Sequence record: NZ_CP102839.1
Source: a plasmid
Reading direction: 5' to 3' (one strand)
Length of the DNA: 64,000 nt
Shown piece by piece: positions 1 to 9,357 of this stretch (its first letter is position 1; each line of letters opens with the position of its first letter). The position numbers were made by a program, and so were the translations under genes. The notes under the pieces were generated by a model. It did no database searches. It had not been told where the DNA came from and saw only the letters and a program-made list of their open reading frames with translations.

Positions 1-382
1 TTTCCTTCAGTAAGGCTCGTTCAAACTGGCTGAATGCCGACATCATGTGCAGCTGCAGTTCCTGCATCGGATTGTTTGTGCCGGCGCTGAACGTCAGCTG
101 CTCTTTCAGAAAAATAAGGGTAACGCCCTGGTCACGAAGCCGGGTGGTGACAGCGCACATATCCGACATATTCCGGCAAAGGCGATCGATGGAATGAACC
201 AGAAGCGTATCACCAGGGCGTAATTGCCCCAGGAGTTCCTGTAACCCCGGGCGGTTTGTGTCCTTCGCGCTGGCATGCTCAACACAAATTTTATCAGGCT
301 GAAAACCCGCCTTTGACAATGCCTCTTCCTGACGGGCCGTATTCTGATCGGCCGAGCTTACCCTGATGTAGGCATATTGCAC
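1..382 (-). CDS. serine recombinase (resolvase/invertase), N-terminal part; runs off the window edge
   Basis: Reverse-strand translation from a GTG at 382 gives VQYAYIRVSSADQNTARQEEALSKAGF...GDTLLVHSIDRLCRN, the catalytic-Ser motif of small serine recombinases. A GGAGG RBS is present (complement of 389-395). It is not in the ORF track because it is cut by the window start. Confidence 0.7.
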   Translation of the reverse strand, partial: MQYAYIRVSSADQNTARQEEALSKAGFQPDKICVEHASAKDTNRPGLQELLGQLRPGDTLLVHSIDRLCRNMSDMCAVTTRLRDQGVTLIFLKEQLTFSAGTNNPMQELQLHMMSAFSQFERALLKE

Positions 383-518
383 GCAAAACCTCCGGAAGGT
401 CTTTAAACATCATAGAGATTTAAAGAATAATCCATAAACACTGATTTAGGGAGGTTTATAGACATTTTTTCGGGGATCTGAGAGGCATGCTGAAAACGTA
501 TACCTTTATAGACATCAG

Positions 519-1109
519 TCAGCGACGACGGCCCAGCCAGATAACTTCAGGCTCCAGTACCGGAGATGCAAGGTCGAGCCTGCTCAGTTGCCGGTTGATT
601 TTGTGGCGGTTGAACCTGACAGCATCCAGGTCGTCAGCAAAAGGGCGGATCTCGCCGACCGTTGTTTCATCATCCGCATTAACGATAGCTTCAAGAAACG
701 CCAGGGTTTTATCGAACTCATCCGCAGCTGTGGCTCCGGGCATACCATGGCCGCTTATACAAAACGGCGCTTTCAGCGTAGAGTTTTCATAAATGGCCTC
801 AACACGAATGTCATGAAGCCAGTGCTCAAAGAAATTGTATTCATAGGTAAAGCGATCGCCAGCATCAAAAGCAAAATCATCAATCACGACCCGGAACGGA
901 TTATCGACAAAACCGATGCCTCCTTCGTAGGAGATACCGTAATCTTTGCCATAAATGTGAAATTGATGGAGATGGTCGTCCCCCCAGCCCTGCACTATCT
1001 GGAAAATGAAGTGAAGCGCGGCCAGTGACGTGTCGGCAGCAATTCTCAGCCGACGCCAGACCATCGGACTGACTCCATGAACTGCTATTTTGATGACGTA
1101 GATCTTCAT
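519..1109 (-). CDS. plasmid pRiA4b ORF-3-like family protein
   Basis: 196-aa ORF MKIYVIKIAVHGVSPMVWRRLRI... matches the conserved N-terminus of pRiA4b_ORF3-type plasmid proteins. The overlapping + strand ORF 588-1028 is antisense noise. Confidence 0.5.
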   Translation of the reverse strand: MKIYVIKIAVHGVSPMVWRRLRIAADTSLAALHFIFQIVQGWGDDHLHQFHIYGKDYGISYEGGIGFVDNPFRVVIDDFAFDAGDRFTYEYNFFEHWLHDIRVEAIYENSTLKAPFCISGHGMPGATAADEFDKTLAFLEAIVNADDETTVGEIRPFADDLDAVRFNRHKINRQLSRLDLASPVLEPEVIWLGRRR

Positions 1110-1201
1110 AGTCAGCAGGTATTGTTATGAAATGATGGTGGTTATTTTAACCCCTGTAGATGGCATCATTCGATGGCTGCCCCGAGGTTTTTCATGCTCT
1201 C

Positions 1202-1735
1202 CAAATTGTCGTCTCCAGGTCATTTGGTGAGCGTGTAACCAGCTTTCAGGAAATGCAGATGGCCATCACCGGCTTTGCTGCGCGGGCAGGAGAAAAGCTG
1301 CGTCAGGAAAAGCAGCACTGTCGTGCGATCAGTGTCTTTATCCGAACCAGCCCGTTTTCACCCCGGGATGCGCCCTGTGCCAGCCAGGCGACGGAGACGC
1401 TACTGGTAGCCACTCAGGACAGCCGGGACATCATTGCCGCTGCCCAGCGTGCGCTTGCGCGCATCTGGCGTGATGGCTACCGGTACGCAAAGGCTGGTAT
1501 CATGCTGGCCGATTTTTCCGGCCGCGAGGCACAACTTAATCTGTTTGATGAATGTGCTCCCCGTCCTGACAGCGAAGCCCTGATGAATGCCGTCGATCGG
1601 ATTAACCGCGCCGGTAAGGGCCGCATTTTTTTTGCCGGCCAGGGGATCAATGTGGGGTTCGCGATGCGCAGGGAAATGCTGAGTCCGGAATACACGACAG
1701 ACTGGAACGCCTTGCCGCGTGCTTTCATGAGATAA
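1202..1735 (+). pseudogene. umuC: umuC (Y-family polymerase V) C-terminal fragment
   Basis: Translation ...VVSRSFGERVTSFQEMQMAITGFAARAGEKLRQEKQHCRAISVFIRTSPF...YRYAKAGIMLADF...QLNLFDE...MLSPEYTT aligns to UmuC residues about 245 to the end. The reading frame enters at 1202 with no N-terminal polymerase domain. The missing N-terminal half is at 57139-57876. Confidence 0.75.
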
Positions 1736-1881
1736 GCGATATCTGGATTTTATAGATGTAAAATCATATGGTTACATTATTAACGTATGGTTCTTCCCCA
1801 TTGGGCTTCAGACCTCCTGTACCGCGTTTTCCTGTTGAGACAACACCTACCCGGCGAAAACTAAAACCGGGTAGGATGTCA

Positions 1882-2163
1882 TCAGTACAGGGCAATGACA
1901 GGTTTTTTGATGCCGCAGGCGTGAGCGTAGCGGGTCAGAGTGTCGATGCTGGCTTTGGTGATGTTGTTTTCCAGGCGGGAAATAACCGGAGGTGTAACCC
2001 CCATGCGTTCAGCAACCTGCGCTTTTGTCAGGTTGTCATGTTTACGCCATTCCGCAAGTAGCTCTCTGAGCTTCTCCTTGCGTTCTTCTTCCTGCCATGC
2101 AGCGCGATATTCGTCGTCCTGCATCCACTCGTTATGCAGTTCTTTATGGCTTACCAGTTTCAT
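1882..2163 (-). CDS. higA: HigA-type antitoxin (XRE HTH)
   Basis: 93 aa containing ...LTKAQVAERMGVTPPVISRLENN..., an XRE-family HTH. It overlaps the upstream toxin gene by 20 nt. Confidence 0.7.
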   Translation of the reverse strand: MKLVSHKELHNEWMQDDEYRAAWQEEERKEKLRELLAEWRKHDNLTKAQVAERMGVTPPVISRLENNITKASIDTLTRYAHACGIKKPVIALY

Positions 2164-2474
2164 TAAGTACCTCCGCTAACCGCTTTTTGGCGAGATCGAT
2201 TTCTTTCGCTGGCGTTTTCTGTGACTTCTTGATGAAAACCCGGAGCATGATGATGGTATTGCCTTTGTGGTATACCCAGATGCCCCTGGCTATGTCCGTC
2301 CCCATCGTGCGGATCTCAAAAAGTCCATCGCCCAGGGGCTTCGTGTCCGGCTCCCGCAGTAATCGGGCATCATACTCCAGTTTGCCGATGAGACGGTCAA
2401 ACTTCACCCTGATTTTTACGGGTAATGCTGTGGCTTCTTCCCTGGCTTCCGGGTGATAAACAACGCTAAACATG
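2144..2474 (-). CDS. higB: HigB-like toxin (RelE/ParE superfamily, Gp49/DUF891 type)
   Basis: MFSVVYHPEAREEATALPVKIRVKFDRLIGKLEYDARLLREPDTKPLGDGLFEIRTMG...MLRVFIKKSQKTP. Conserved GLFELR and F-KK-QKTP motifs. The toxin-before-antitoxin order is typical of higBA. Confidence 0.6.
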
Positions 2475-2708
2475 TGACCTCCCATTTCCATTAATATTAA
2501 CCTATAGGCTAATGTTAGGCAAGGTGAAAATTAACCTGTAAGCTAATTTTTAGGGAGGGGTATGCGACCAGCTATGACACGGACCCAGCATTGACAAAAG
2601 GCTCTAAAATTGTATTTTTTAACTTTTACGTTCCTTTTTACATCAGTGCCTTAACATTTTTTCTATGTACTGAACGAAGGGATAATTTTGAGACAAGGAT
2701 ACAATTAT

Positions 2709-3350
2709 ATGAAAGTGAATTATCTGGCACCGTTATTATGTATTGGCGTGTTGGCGCTGACCGGTTGTAACGATCCAAAGAAACCCTCCGAAAGTAATTT
2801 CAAAGAAGCCGCACAGCAGTATCTGGATACTGTATACCCGGCATGTTATATCAAAGCTAATTTCCCTTACAAAACAGATGGTTTCAACATTAACAACATG
2901 CCAGAAATATTGCATGCAATGGCAGAAAAAGGGTTGTTAACTGAAACAGAATTATCGCGTAAACATATTGATGCCACATGGGGGATTAAAGAACGAGATA
3001 TAGTCGTTAACAGTTATGACCTGACGGAAGAAGGGAAAAAATACTACAAGCAAGATGCGGCTAAAAATATGCGAGGTGAGAATCTTGGTGGATTCTGCTT
3101 TGGAAAAGCAACAGTAACAGACGTCAGTAATTTCACTGAACCATCTGATGCAATGGGGCAGAAAATTTCCCGAGTGACTTTTACATATAAAGTTAGTGAT
3201 ATACCTGACTGGGCAAAATCACCTGAGATTCTGAATGCCGACCGTCAGATAAAAAAAGACGTAAACTCAGAACATGATGGTGTGAAAGTGACCAATGTTT
3301 TCCTCCTGACTAATAACGGATGGATACATCAAAAGTTATTTGGTAAATGA
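2709..3350 (+). CDS. putative lipoprotein
   Basis: MKVNYLAPLLCIGVLALTGCNDPKK gives a signal peptide plus LTGC lipobox. There is no recognisable catalytic domain. Confidence 0.5.
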   Translation: MKVNYLAPLLCIGVLALTGCNDPKKPSESNFKEAAQQYLDTVYPACYIKANFPYKTDGFNINNMPEILHAMAEKGLLTETELSRKHIDATWGIKERDIVVNSYDLTEEGKKYYKQDAAKNMRGENLGGFCFGKATVTDVSNFTEPSDAMGQKISRVTFTYKVSDIPDWAKSPEILNADRQIKKDVNSEHDGVKVTNVFLLTNNGWIHQKLFGK

Positions 3351-3489
3351 TTAACCCTAAGTGATAGGGCGTGTTTTGAGATAGTTAGCGAAGATGAGGC
3401 ACTTGCGGTTATCTGGCCGTGAGTGCCTGGACGGTACGTTCACCTCTGAAAAAACAGGCCTGCCGCTCTGACGAGGCCTGTTTTAATTC

Positions 3490-3774
3490 TCAGATATAAA
3501 CTGTCCAGAAAATGGCGATGGCAGTAAAGAAAATCGCCATTTTAAACGATGCTCTGGTTTTCCTTTCCTCCGCAGAAATCATCGCGTGGAGTGCTTCTTT
3601 TTTATCATGTATGGTTAAACTGCCAGGCAGTTCAGGCCACCTTTTCTGTAACTGCATGGTTTCCAGTTTCTTCAGTGAGGACTGATTATAAACCCCGTAC
3701 GCCCACAGCAGTAATGCCAGTCCCGGCGGCGTGAGCTTAATGAATAAATTAAAAATATCAGTTTCTTGGGTCAT
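3490..3774 (-). CDS. small membrane protein (hypothetical)
   Basis: 94-aa ORF with two hydrophobic segments. The opposite-strand ORF is not convincing. Confidence 0.3.
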   Translation of the reverse strand: MTQETDIFNLFIKLTPPGLALLLWAYGVYNQSSLKKLETMQLQKRWPELPGSLTIHDKKEALHAMISAEERKTRASFKMAIFFTAIAIFWTVYI

Positions 3775-3845
3775 CTGATTTCCTTTGTCTTCGTCAGGCA
3801 GTACAGGACTCTATAATAGAGGGATTCTGACGACGGACAACCATC

Positions 3846-4055
3846 CTACCGTGGTGCATAACCCTCTTCCGCCAGTGCTTTCATGAGCTGATTGATACCA
3901 TCCATCATCAGGTATGCCTCAATATCAGACGTTGCCAGCCGGCGGCAGTCACTGAATCCCTGCCGCTTGACCAGCTGTGCGAGCGCCTGTGCTTCCCTGT
4001 GCGTCAGCTGCAGATTCACCTCAACGGGTTTTTCATGGCGTATTTCATCATTCAT
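3846..4055 (-). CDS. hypothetical 69-aa protein, downstream partner of the RHH-HTH fusion gene
   Basis: Overlaps the upstream gene stop by 8 nt, which suggests translational coupling. Charged helical protein. Confidence 0.4.
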   Translation of the reverse strand: MNDEIRHEKPVEVNLQLTHREAQALAQLVKRQGFSDCRRLATSDIEAYLMMDGINQLMKALAEEGYAPR

Positions 4056-5106
4056 CGTCAGACTCCTGTTCTGTCGTACCGGTGTGGGTGGCGAGCCTGT
4101 AACGGGAACGTTGTTCGTCCATCCCGAAAGAGTAGCGCGTCAGCATCTCCAGGTCGTCCTTATCCATCAGACGTTGCTTCTCCTTCAGGTGCGCCATGAC
4201 CCTATTGATAATCTCCCGATCGTCCGGCCAGAAATACCCGCCGTTGCGTTCCGGATTGCGCTTACCCAGCATTTCTTCGTGCCAGATATCCTCCCACCAG
4301 ATGTTTTCCCGGCCGCAGCGTTTTGTGATCAGCAGCGGGTGACAGTCGTTCTCTTCAAATTCATACTTCAGCCGTCCCCGGGCGATATCGTAACTTTTCA
4401 CGAACACATCGTTAATGGTATAGAAAATATACAGCTGCTCGAGCATGGCGAAAAAATCGCACAGATCGTGAAAACCGGTATTGCCGACGTGTTCGCTCAG
4501 GTGGAGGTTAGTCCAGAAGATCTCCGCCTGCAGGCTGTTGCGGAACTCACGCAGGATGAGAATACTCCCCTCCGGGGAGTCTTCGCGGATGAGGCTGATC
4601 TTATAGACCGGATTGCCGGCGGCGTCTGGCGTCAGCAGGGCGCGCGCATCGTCATACGCGCTGCCGTGGCCGTTAAGGCGTCGCTGCGAACCGAACGCGA
4701 ACGGGCGTCCCTCGCCGAATTTCAGCCAGCGTGCGGAACAGCCCAGGTAAGTGGCCAGACGGTCGGCCTGCTCAAAATCCGGGACGTCGTGGCCGGAAAA
4801 CCAGTTCATCACCGCCAGTGGGTTGGCCTCACCGAGGCGCTCCGCCAGGGCGGCCGCGTCCATCGGCGGCTGGTAATTGGGGCCGGGGCGGGAGGCCGCT
4901 TCGTTGACCAGGGGTAACAGGTGCCTGAGGCGGGCGCTCAGCTCCCGGCGGTAACGATCGGCGCCGGTAAGAGCTGCTTCACGCTGCACGGACTGTGCGA
5001 TCACAAAACGGGCGTGCGCCTCGGTGCTGCGCTCCTGGCGGGCGGCTTCCTGCTCAAACTGCCTGTAGATTTCATCTGGGATGTTGCGGACGTTCAGACG
5101 CTGCAT
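4048..5106 (-). CDS. fusion protein: FitA/Arc-like ribbon-helix-helix N-terminus + XRE-like HTH + unknown 220-aa C-terminal domain
   Basis: N-terminus MQRLNVRNIPDEIYRQFEQEAARQERSTEAHARFVI resembles the FitA/VapB-type RHH antitoxin fold. The middle region ...LAVMNWFSGHDVPDFEQADRLATYLGCSARWLKFGEG looks like an HTH. The antisense 341-aa ORF 3892-4917 is R/V-rich noise. Confidence 0.55.
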   Translation of the reverse strand: MQRLNVRNIPDEIYRQFEQEAARQERSTEAHARFVIAQSVQREAALTGADRYRRELSARLRHLLPLVNEAASRPGPNYQPPMDAAALAERLGEANPLAVMNWFSGHDVPDFEQADRLATYLGCSARWLKFGEGRPFAFGSQRRLNGHGSAYDDARALLTPDAAGNPVYKISLIREDSPEGSILILREFRNSLQAEIFWTNLHLSEHVGNTGFHDLCDFFAMLEQLYIFYTINDVFVKSYDIARGRLKYEFEENDCHPLLITKRCGRENIWWEDIWHEEMLGKRNPERNGGYFWPDDREIINRVMAHLKEKQRLMDKDDLEMLTRYSFGMDEQRSRYRLATHTGTTEQESDDE

Positions 5107-5890
5107 GGCGTTCTCCTGGCTGACTGATTTTCAGTCACTATGCCTGTCAGAATGCAATGAGTCAATATGTGATCGTTTGGTGTTTTTTGGTGTCTTCATA
5201 TGGTGATCATTTTGATGTCATCTTTATCAGGGAGTGTCGTTTTGCGGTCCGTTGCGGTTTAGCGGTATTCTCCGCAGCGCCGCCACTTATCCACCGTTTC
5301 TGTGGATAACGCTATATGTAGTGGCTCCGTCAGCTGAGAACGGCACAAGATATGGTGTCCGCGCCGGCAGCCGCGCGGCCGCTCCCCTGCCTTCCTTCCC
5401 CTGTTGATTTCGCTTTTCACGGTATTTACGTTTTTTCCGCAATTGTGGCACCGGCCAAAAGGTATTTTCCGGTGGTTGCGGGCGTAAAAGTCACAGGGTG
5501 AAAAAATAAGGGGGCAAATTATCAGCCGGCCTGATGTGTGAAGCCCGGCAGGGTTATACAGGGCAGGTGAAAAGGGACAGGGAGAAGCATCATGAAGACG
5601 CCAGGCATGCTGTTTGTGCTGCAGCTGTGCGCCGGGTTCCTGACGGGCCGTGATATCAGACAGGAAGTGCGCGTGAAAAAGACGACGAGTCCATTTTGCC
5701 CTTCAGTGCCTGTTTAACCGCCTCAAATGCTTCCTGATGTTTGATATCCATCGCGTCTCCTGTTGTGTTTACGGCGGATTTAGTGTTTTAATATGCATTA
5801 AAATGTTCAAATATGAACATTTTCAGACTGTAAACACAGGCGGAATATAACAAACTAATCCACCCGTACAGAGCATGGGAGTGCGGCGAA

Positions 5891-6139
5891 TTGACCGGAT
5901 TTGACTTGATCCTTTGGCGACGGGGCCTGAACTGGACCCAGGAACGCGCCGCGGCAGAGCTCGGCATCAGCCGTACCAGCCTGGTAAAATATGAGGACGG
6001 TGAGGCTGTGCCCCGGACGATACAACTTGCCACCGCTGCACTCACGCTGAAAGCGGAATGGCCAACAATGAAGACCATGAGCAAAGACAGGCTGCTGCGG
6101 CAGCTGAAGAACGAAGTGCTGAGGCTCAGTAATGAATGA
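5891..6139 (+). CDS. XRE-family HTH transcriptional regulator
   Basis: ...LNWTQERAAAELGISRTSLVKYEDGEAVP is a classic HTH_XRE. Confidence 0.55.
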   Translation: MTGFDLILWRRGLNWTQERAAAELGISRTSLVKYEDGEAVPRTIQLATAALTLKAEWPTMKTMSKDRLLRQLKNEVLRLSNE

Positions 6140-6223
6140 GTCCATCCCTGTTATCGGCTCTTTTATCCCGTATCCGGGATCCCGGCTGCCGGCAGAAATG
6201 GTTCATCCTCAACAGGAGATTAT

Positions 6224-6709
6224 ATGAAACTAAAAGGATACGTCACCGCTCTGCCGGTGCTGCTGCTGACAGGGTGCGCTGTGCTACCCGGACAACCCAC
6301 CGATTATGGGCGCTTCTGTAACGTATCAGGCATCGCCAGCCACGGTGAAACCTACCGTGTCAGTGACAGCCAGGATTTCTGGTTAACCCCGAACGGCCGC
6401 TATCTCAGCCAGGCTGAGTACAGCAGCCCGGCAGATACGCTTCAGAAACTGACGGGTGTGGTCAGTGGTGAAGATCCTGACCAGGCGCGGAAGAAGGCTG
6501 TCAGGGTACGGGTGTTCCGAGTCGAAAGTGAGAGCGCGAGTAAAGGTGCGTGCCTGCCCGTGCGTTATGACGACAACAACGCACGGCGGAAAATGGATTC
6601 GCTGACTAACGGCCGGCGTATGAAGGTGTACAGTGAAGATGCTGGTCAGTCCGGCCAGCAGATTTACGATAACAGTCGCGGTGCCGGCTTCAGTTACAGG
6701 TTACTATGA
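6224..6709 (+). CDS. putative lipoprotein
   Basis: MKLKGYVTALPVLLLTGCAV gives a signal peptide plus lipobox. Confidence 0.5.
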   Translation: MKLKGYVTALPVLLLTGCAVLPGQPTDYGRFCNVSGIASHGETYRVSDSQDFWLTPNGRYLSQAEYSSPADTLQKLTGVVSGEDPDQARKKAVRVRVFRVESESASKGACLPVRYDDNNARRKMDSLTNGRRMKVYSEDAGQSGQQIYDNSRGAGFSYRLL

Positions 6710-6775
6710 GCCGGTTTCGGCAAAAAACACTTTAAAATTCAGCCTCCTGCCGGCTGATTACCGGATTTTAAAAAA

Positions 6776-7516
6776 TTGAACACTTTTCCCCTGCAAATTC
6801 CTCAGAATTCACGTAGCGACGCCATCGAGACCGGGCGCGTGGCATACGTCTACTTCGATTATGCCGATGCACTGGCGCTGCGGGAGATGGCCAGCCAGGC
6901 TGATTTACCCAAATACCTGCTGGCCCCGGAGGTGTCGTTATTTCTGCGATATGTGCCTGACCTGCGCCAGCAGGTCCTTTTCGACACCCTCTGGAACACG
7001 GGCGCACGCATTAATGAGGCGCTGGCGCTGACCGGCGCCAGCTTTCAGCTTGACGGTTCCCGGCCGTTTGTCCGGCTGAAGACGCTTAAACAGCGTCAGC
7101 GCGGGCGTGGGAGACCCGGGAAGGATGAGGCGGTGTTCCGTATTGTTCCTCTGACCGATCCTCAATATGTCAGAAAGGTGCGTGAGTTTCTGACCACCCT
7201 GCGTATTGGCAAACAGCAGCTGCTCTGGCCGGTGCAGAGTGATAACACGCCGCGTAACTGGATCAGGAAAGCGCTGGACCTCGCAAAACGTGACTCTGTC
7301 ACTTTTAGTATCCCCGTCACCTGCCACACGTTCCGGCACAGCTTCTGTATGCACCTGATCCAGCATGGGGTTCCTCTGAAAGTTGTGCAGGCCTACGCCG
7401 GGCATTCCCGGCTGGAAACCACTGAAACCTACACGCGCGTGTTTGCGCTCGATGTCGGGCGTCAGTATGGCGTCCGATTCAGCCTTCCTGACAGTCATTT
7501 AACACTTCCGGAATAA
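6776..7516 (+). CDS. tyrosine site-specific recombinase (plasmid resolvase/integrase family)
   Basis: C-terminal ...HTFRHSFCMHLIQHGVPLKVVQAYAGHSRLETTETYTRV carries the R-H-R-Y catalytic tetrad signature (HxxR...Y). The exact start is uncertain. Confidence 0.75.
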   Translation: MNTFPLQIPQNSRSDAIETGRVAYVYFDYADALALREMASQADLPKYLLAPEVSLFLRYVPDLRQQVLFDTLWNTGARINEALALTGASFQLDGSRPFVRLKTLKQRQRGRGRPGKDEAVFRIVPLTDPQYVRKVREFLTTLRIGKQQLLWPVQSDNTPRNWIRKALDLAKRDSVTFSIPVTCHTFRHSFCMHLIQHGVPLKVVQAYAGHSRLETTETYTRVFALDVGRQYGVRFSLPDSHLTLPE

Positions 7517-7519
7517 TCC

Positions 7520-7756
7520 TCATTCCATCCTTATATTTCCATATAAATCTAAATTAATCCTTAATGTTTCTTTATCAGGCCGTTTGCAGGACGGTCTGGC
7601 CCTCGTTTGTTGGTTTTTGTTCGTTATTTTTCTGTATTTTTCTACATTAGTGCGTCTTTTTGTCTTTACACGCAAACCCGGATACGTAATAATCCATTTG
7701 AATGTTGTATTTTTCCTGATGGATACGGTTTTTTTCTAAATAATGTGAGGTTTGAA
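7520..7756. promoter_or_regulatory. putative parC centromere/promoter region upstream of parM
   Basis: AT-rich non-coding region immediately upstream of parMR. I could not resolve clear iterons by eye. Confidence 0.3.
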
Positions 7757-8731
7757 ATGCGTATTTTTGTTGACGACGGTTCCACCAATATCAAACTGGC
7801 ATGGGTGGCAGACGGTGAAGTGAAAACGTTGATCAGTCCGAACAGCTTTAAACCAGAATGGTCCATGACGCTGCTGACTGATTCAACGGGGCCGGCTTCC
7901 GCCAACTATGAAATTGACGGGGAAAAGTACAGCTTTGACCAGCTGAGCCCTGATGCCGTGCGCACCACGGAAACCCGCTATCAGTACAGTGATGTGAATG
8001 TAGTCGCTATCCACCACGCGCTGATGCAGTCCGGCATTGAACCGCAACCGGTTGACATTGTTGTGACGCTGCCGCTGGGCGAGTATCTGGATGAGAACGA
8101 TCAGCCTGATATGGCCAAAATCGAGCGGAAAAAAGCGAACGTGAAACGCGCGGTGACCGTTCAGGGGCATGAGAGCTTTACCGTGCGTAAAGTCAGTGTG
8201 CTGCCAGAGTCGGTCCCTGCAGGCTTCAGTGTGCTGAAGGATCTGGACGATCTGGACTCCCTGCTGATTGTCGATATCGGTGGAACGACGCTGGATATCG
8301 CGCACGTTCGCAGCAAAATGTCCGGGTTCACCAAGACGCATTGCGATCCTAAAACCGGCGTATCCATCATCACCGAGGCCGTAAAACACGCACTGGATAC
8401 CAGCGTGAGTACCCGTACCAGTTCATATTTTGCCGACCGTCTGATCCAGGCGCGAAATGACGATAGTTTTCTTTCCCGTTATCTTCAGAACGCTGACCAG
8501 CGGGCCCAGGTAATGAAGGTGCTGCACGAGCGTGAAAAAGCCCTGACGCACCGCGTCACCGATTCAGTTGGCCGCTTTGCCGGCTTCACACACGTCATGG
8601 TTGTCGGGGGCGGCGCCAGCCTGGTCGCCAGCGCAGTGAAGCAGGCCACGGGGGTGAGTGACGATCGCTTCTTCGTCAGCGATAACCCGCAGTTCGATCT
8701 GGTATTGGGCATGGTGGCAATGAAGGGCTGA
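7757..8731 (+). CDS. parM: ParM/StbA actin-like plasmid segregation ATPase
   Basis: MRIFVDDGSTNIKLAWVADGE...NSF...YSFD..SPDAV.TT...QYSDVNVVA.HHAL...IERKKANV...DIGGTTLDI...HVMVVGGGA closely parallels R1 ParM. The ORF-track start at 7607 is an upstream in-frame extension. The true start is ATG 7757. Confidence 0.9.
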   Translation: MRIFVDDGSTNIKLAWVADGEVKTLISPNSFKPEWSMTLLTDSTGPASANYEIDGEKYSFDQLSPDAVRTTETRYQYSDVNVVAIHHALMQSGIEPQPVDIVVTLPLGEYLDENDQPDMAKIERKKANVKRAVTVQGHESFTVRKVSVLPESVPAGFSVLKDLDDLDSLLIVDIGGTTLDIAHVRSKMSGFTKTHCDPKTGVSIITEAVKHALDTSVSTRTSSYFADRLIQARNDDSFLSRYLQNADQRAQVMKVLHEREKALTHRVTDSVGRFAGFTHVMVVGGGASLVASAVKQATGVSDDRFFVSDNPQFDLVLGMVAMKG

Positions 8732-8733
8732 GT

Positions 8734-9177
8734 ATGACTGATAACCGTAAGTGCTCGTTTTATATCTATCCGGATCGCAATGCGGCGGACCGGGTAGCCG
8801 ACGGATTTCTTGAGAAACTGCCTCAGAAAGAGCGCGGCCGCGCGATGCGCGCCATGATGCTCTGTGGTGCCGCGCTGATGAAACAGGACGAACGCCTGCC
8901 GTTCCTGATCGCTGAATTTCTGACGGAAGGCACCTCGATGCAGGATATTCAGCGGATCATCAGCAGTACGCTGCCGCAGCAGGATACAGGAGAGATGGCG
9001 CGTCTGTTTGAGGCGTTTCTGCAGGCCACCGGCGGCGCCAGTAATACGTTACCGCCGACAGGCGGATCAAGGCCGGAAAACAGCCCTGCCGTGACTCCCG
9101 AACCGGCGGCACCGGAGGATAAGAATCTGGAAGAAACCCGTAAGAACGTCCAGCATCTGTTCCCGGATGATGACTAA
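8734..9177 (+). CDS. parR: ParR/StbB centromere-binding adaptor
   Basis: Immediately follows parM. ...PQKERGRAMRAMMLCGAALMKQDERLPFLIAEFLTEGTSMQDIQRIISS parallels R1 ParR. Confidence 0.75.
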   Translation: MTDNRKCSFYIYPDRNAADRVADGFLEKLPQKERGRAMRAMMLCGAALMKQDERLPFLIAEFLTEGTSMQDIQRIISSTLPQQDTGEMARLFEAFLQATGGASNTLPPTGGSRPENSPAVTPEPAAPEDKNLEETRKNVQHLFPDDD

Positions 9178-9281
9178 GGTGAACTTCCGCGCCATCGCTG
9201 ACAGCTCTAATGTGGAAAATGTGGTGCTGATCAGCGGTGTGCCTGCAGCAGCGGCAGACACTCTGCCGCCGGCAATTTAAC

Positions 9282-9357
9282 TTGATTATATGGCTCATTC
9301 GCCGTATTGTTAAGGCTCATTTTTCGGTAGCGCCCCGCCTGGCGAAGGAGTAAAACC
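9282..9357 (+). promoter_or_regulatory. leading-region promoter/leader cassette, degenerate copy 1
   Basis: TTGATT at 9282, then ggctcatt core, then gGTAGCGCCCCGcCTGGCGaAGGAG block ending 6 nt before ATG 9358. Confidence 0.5.

Noticed and set aside
588-1028. 146-aa + strand ORF overlapping the pRiA4b-ORF3-like gene
   Set aside because: It is antisense to the better-supported 196-aa ORF, has no RBS or motif, and its R/V-rich composition is typical of an opposite-frame artefact.
3892-4917. 341-aa + strand ORF
   Set aside because: It lies opposite the RHH-HTH fusion gene. Its Arg/Val/Leu-rich low-complexity composition is typical of an antisense frame in GC-rich DNA. The minus-strand gene has recognisable domains.
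7607-7756. 50-aa N-terminal extension of parM in the track
   Set aside because: ParM homologues start at MRIFVDDGSTN. The extension runs through the AT-rich parC/promoter region.
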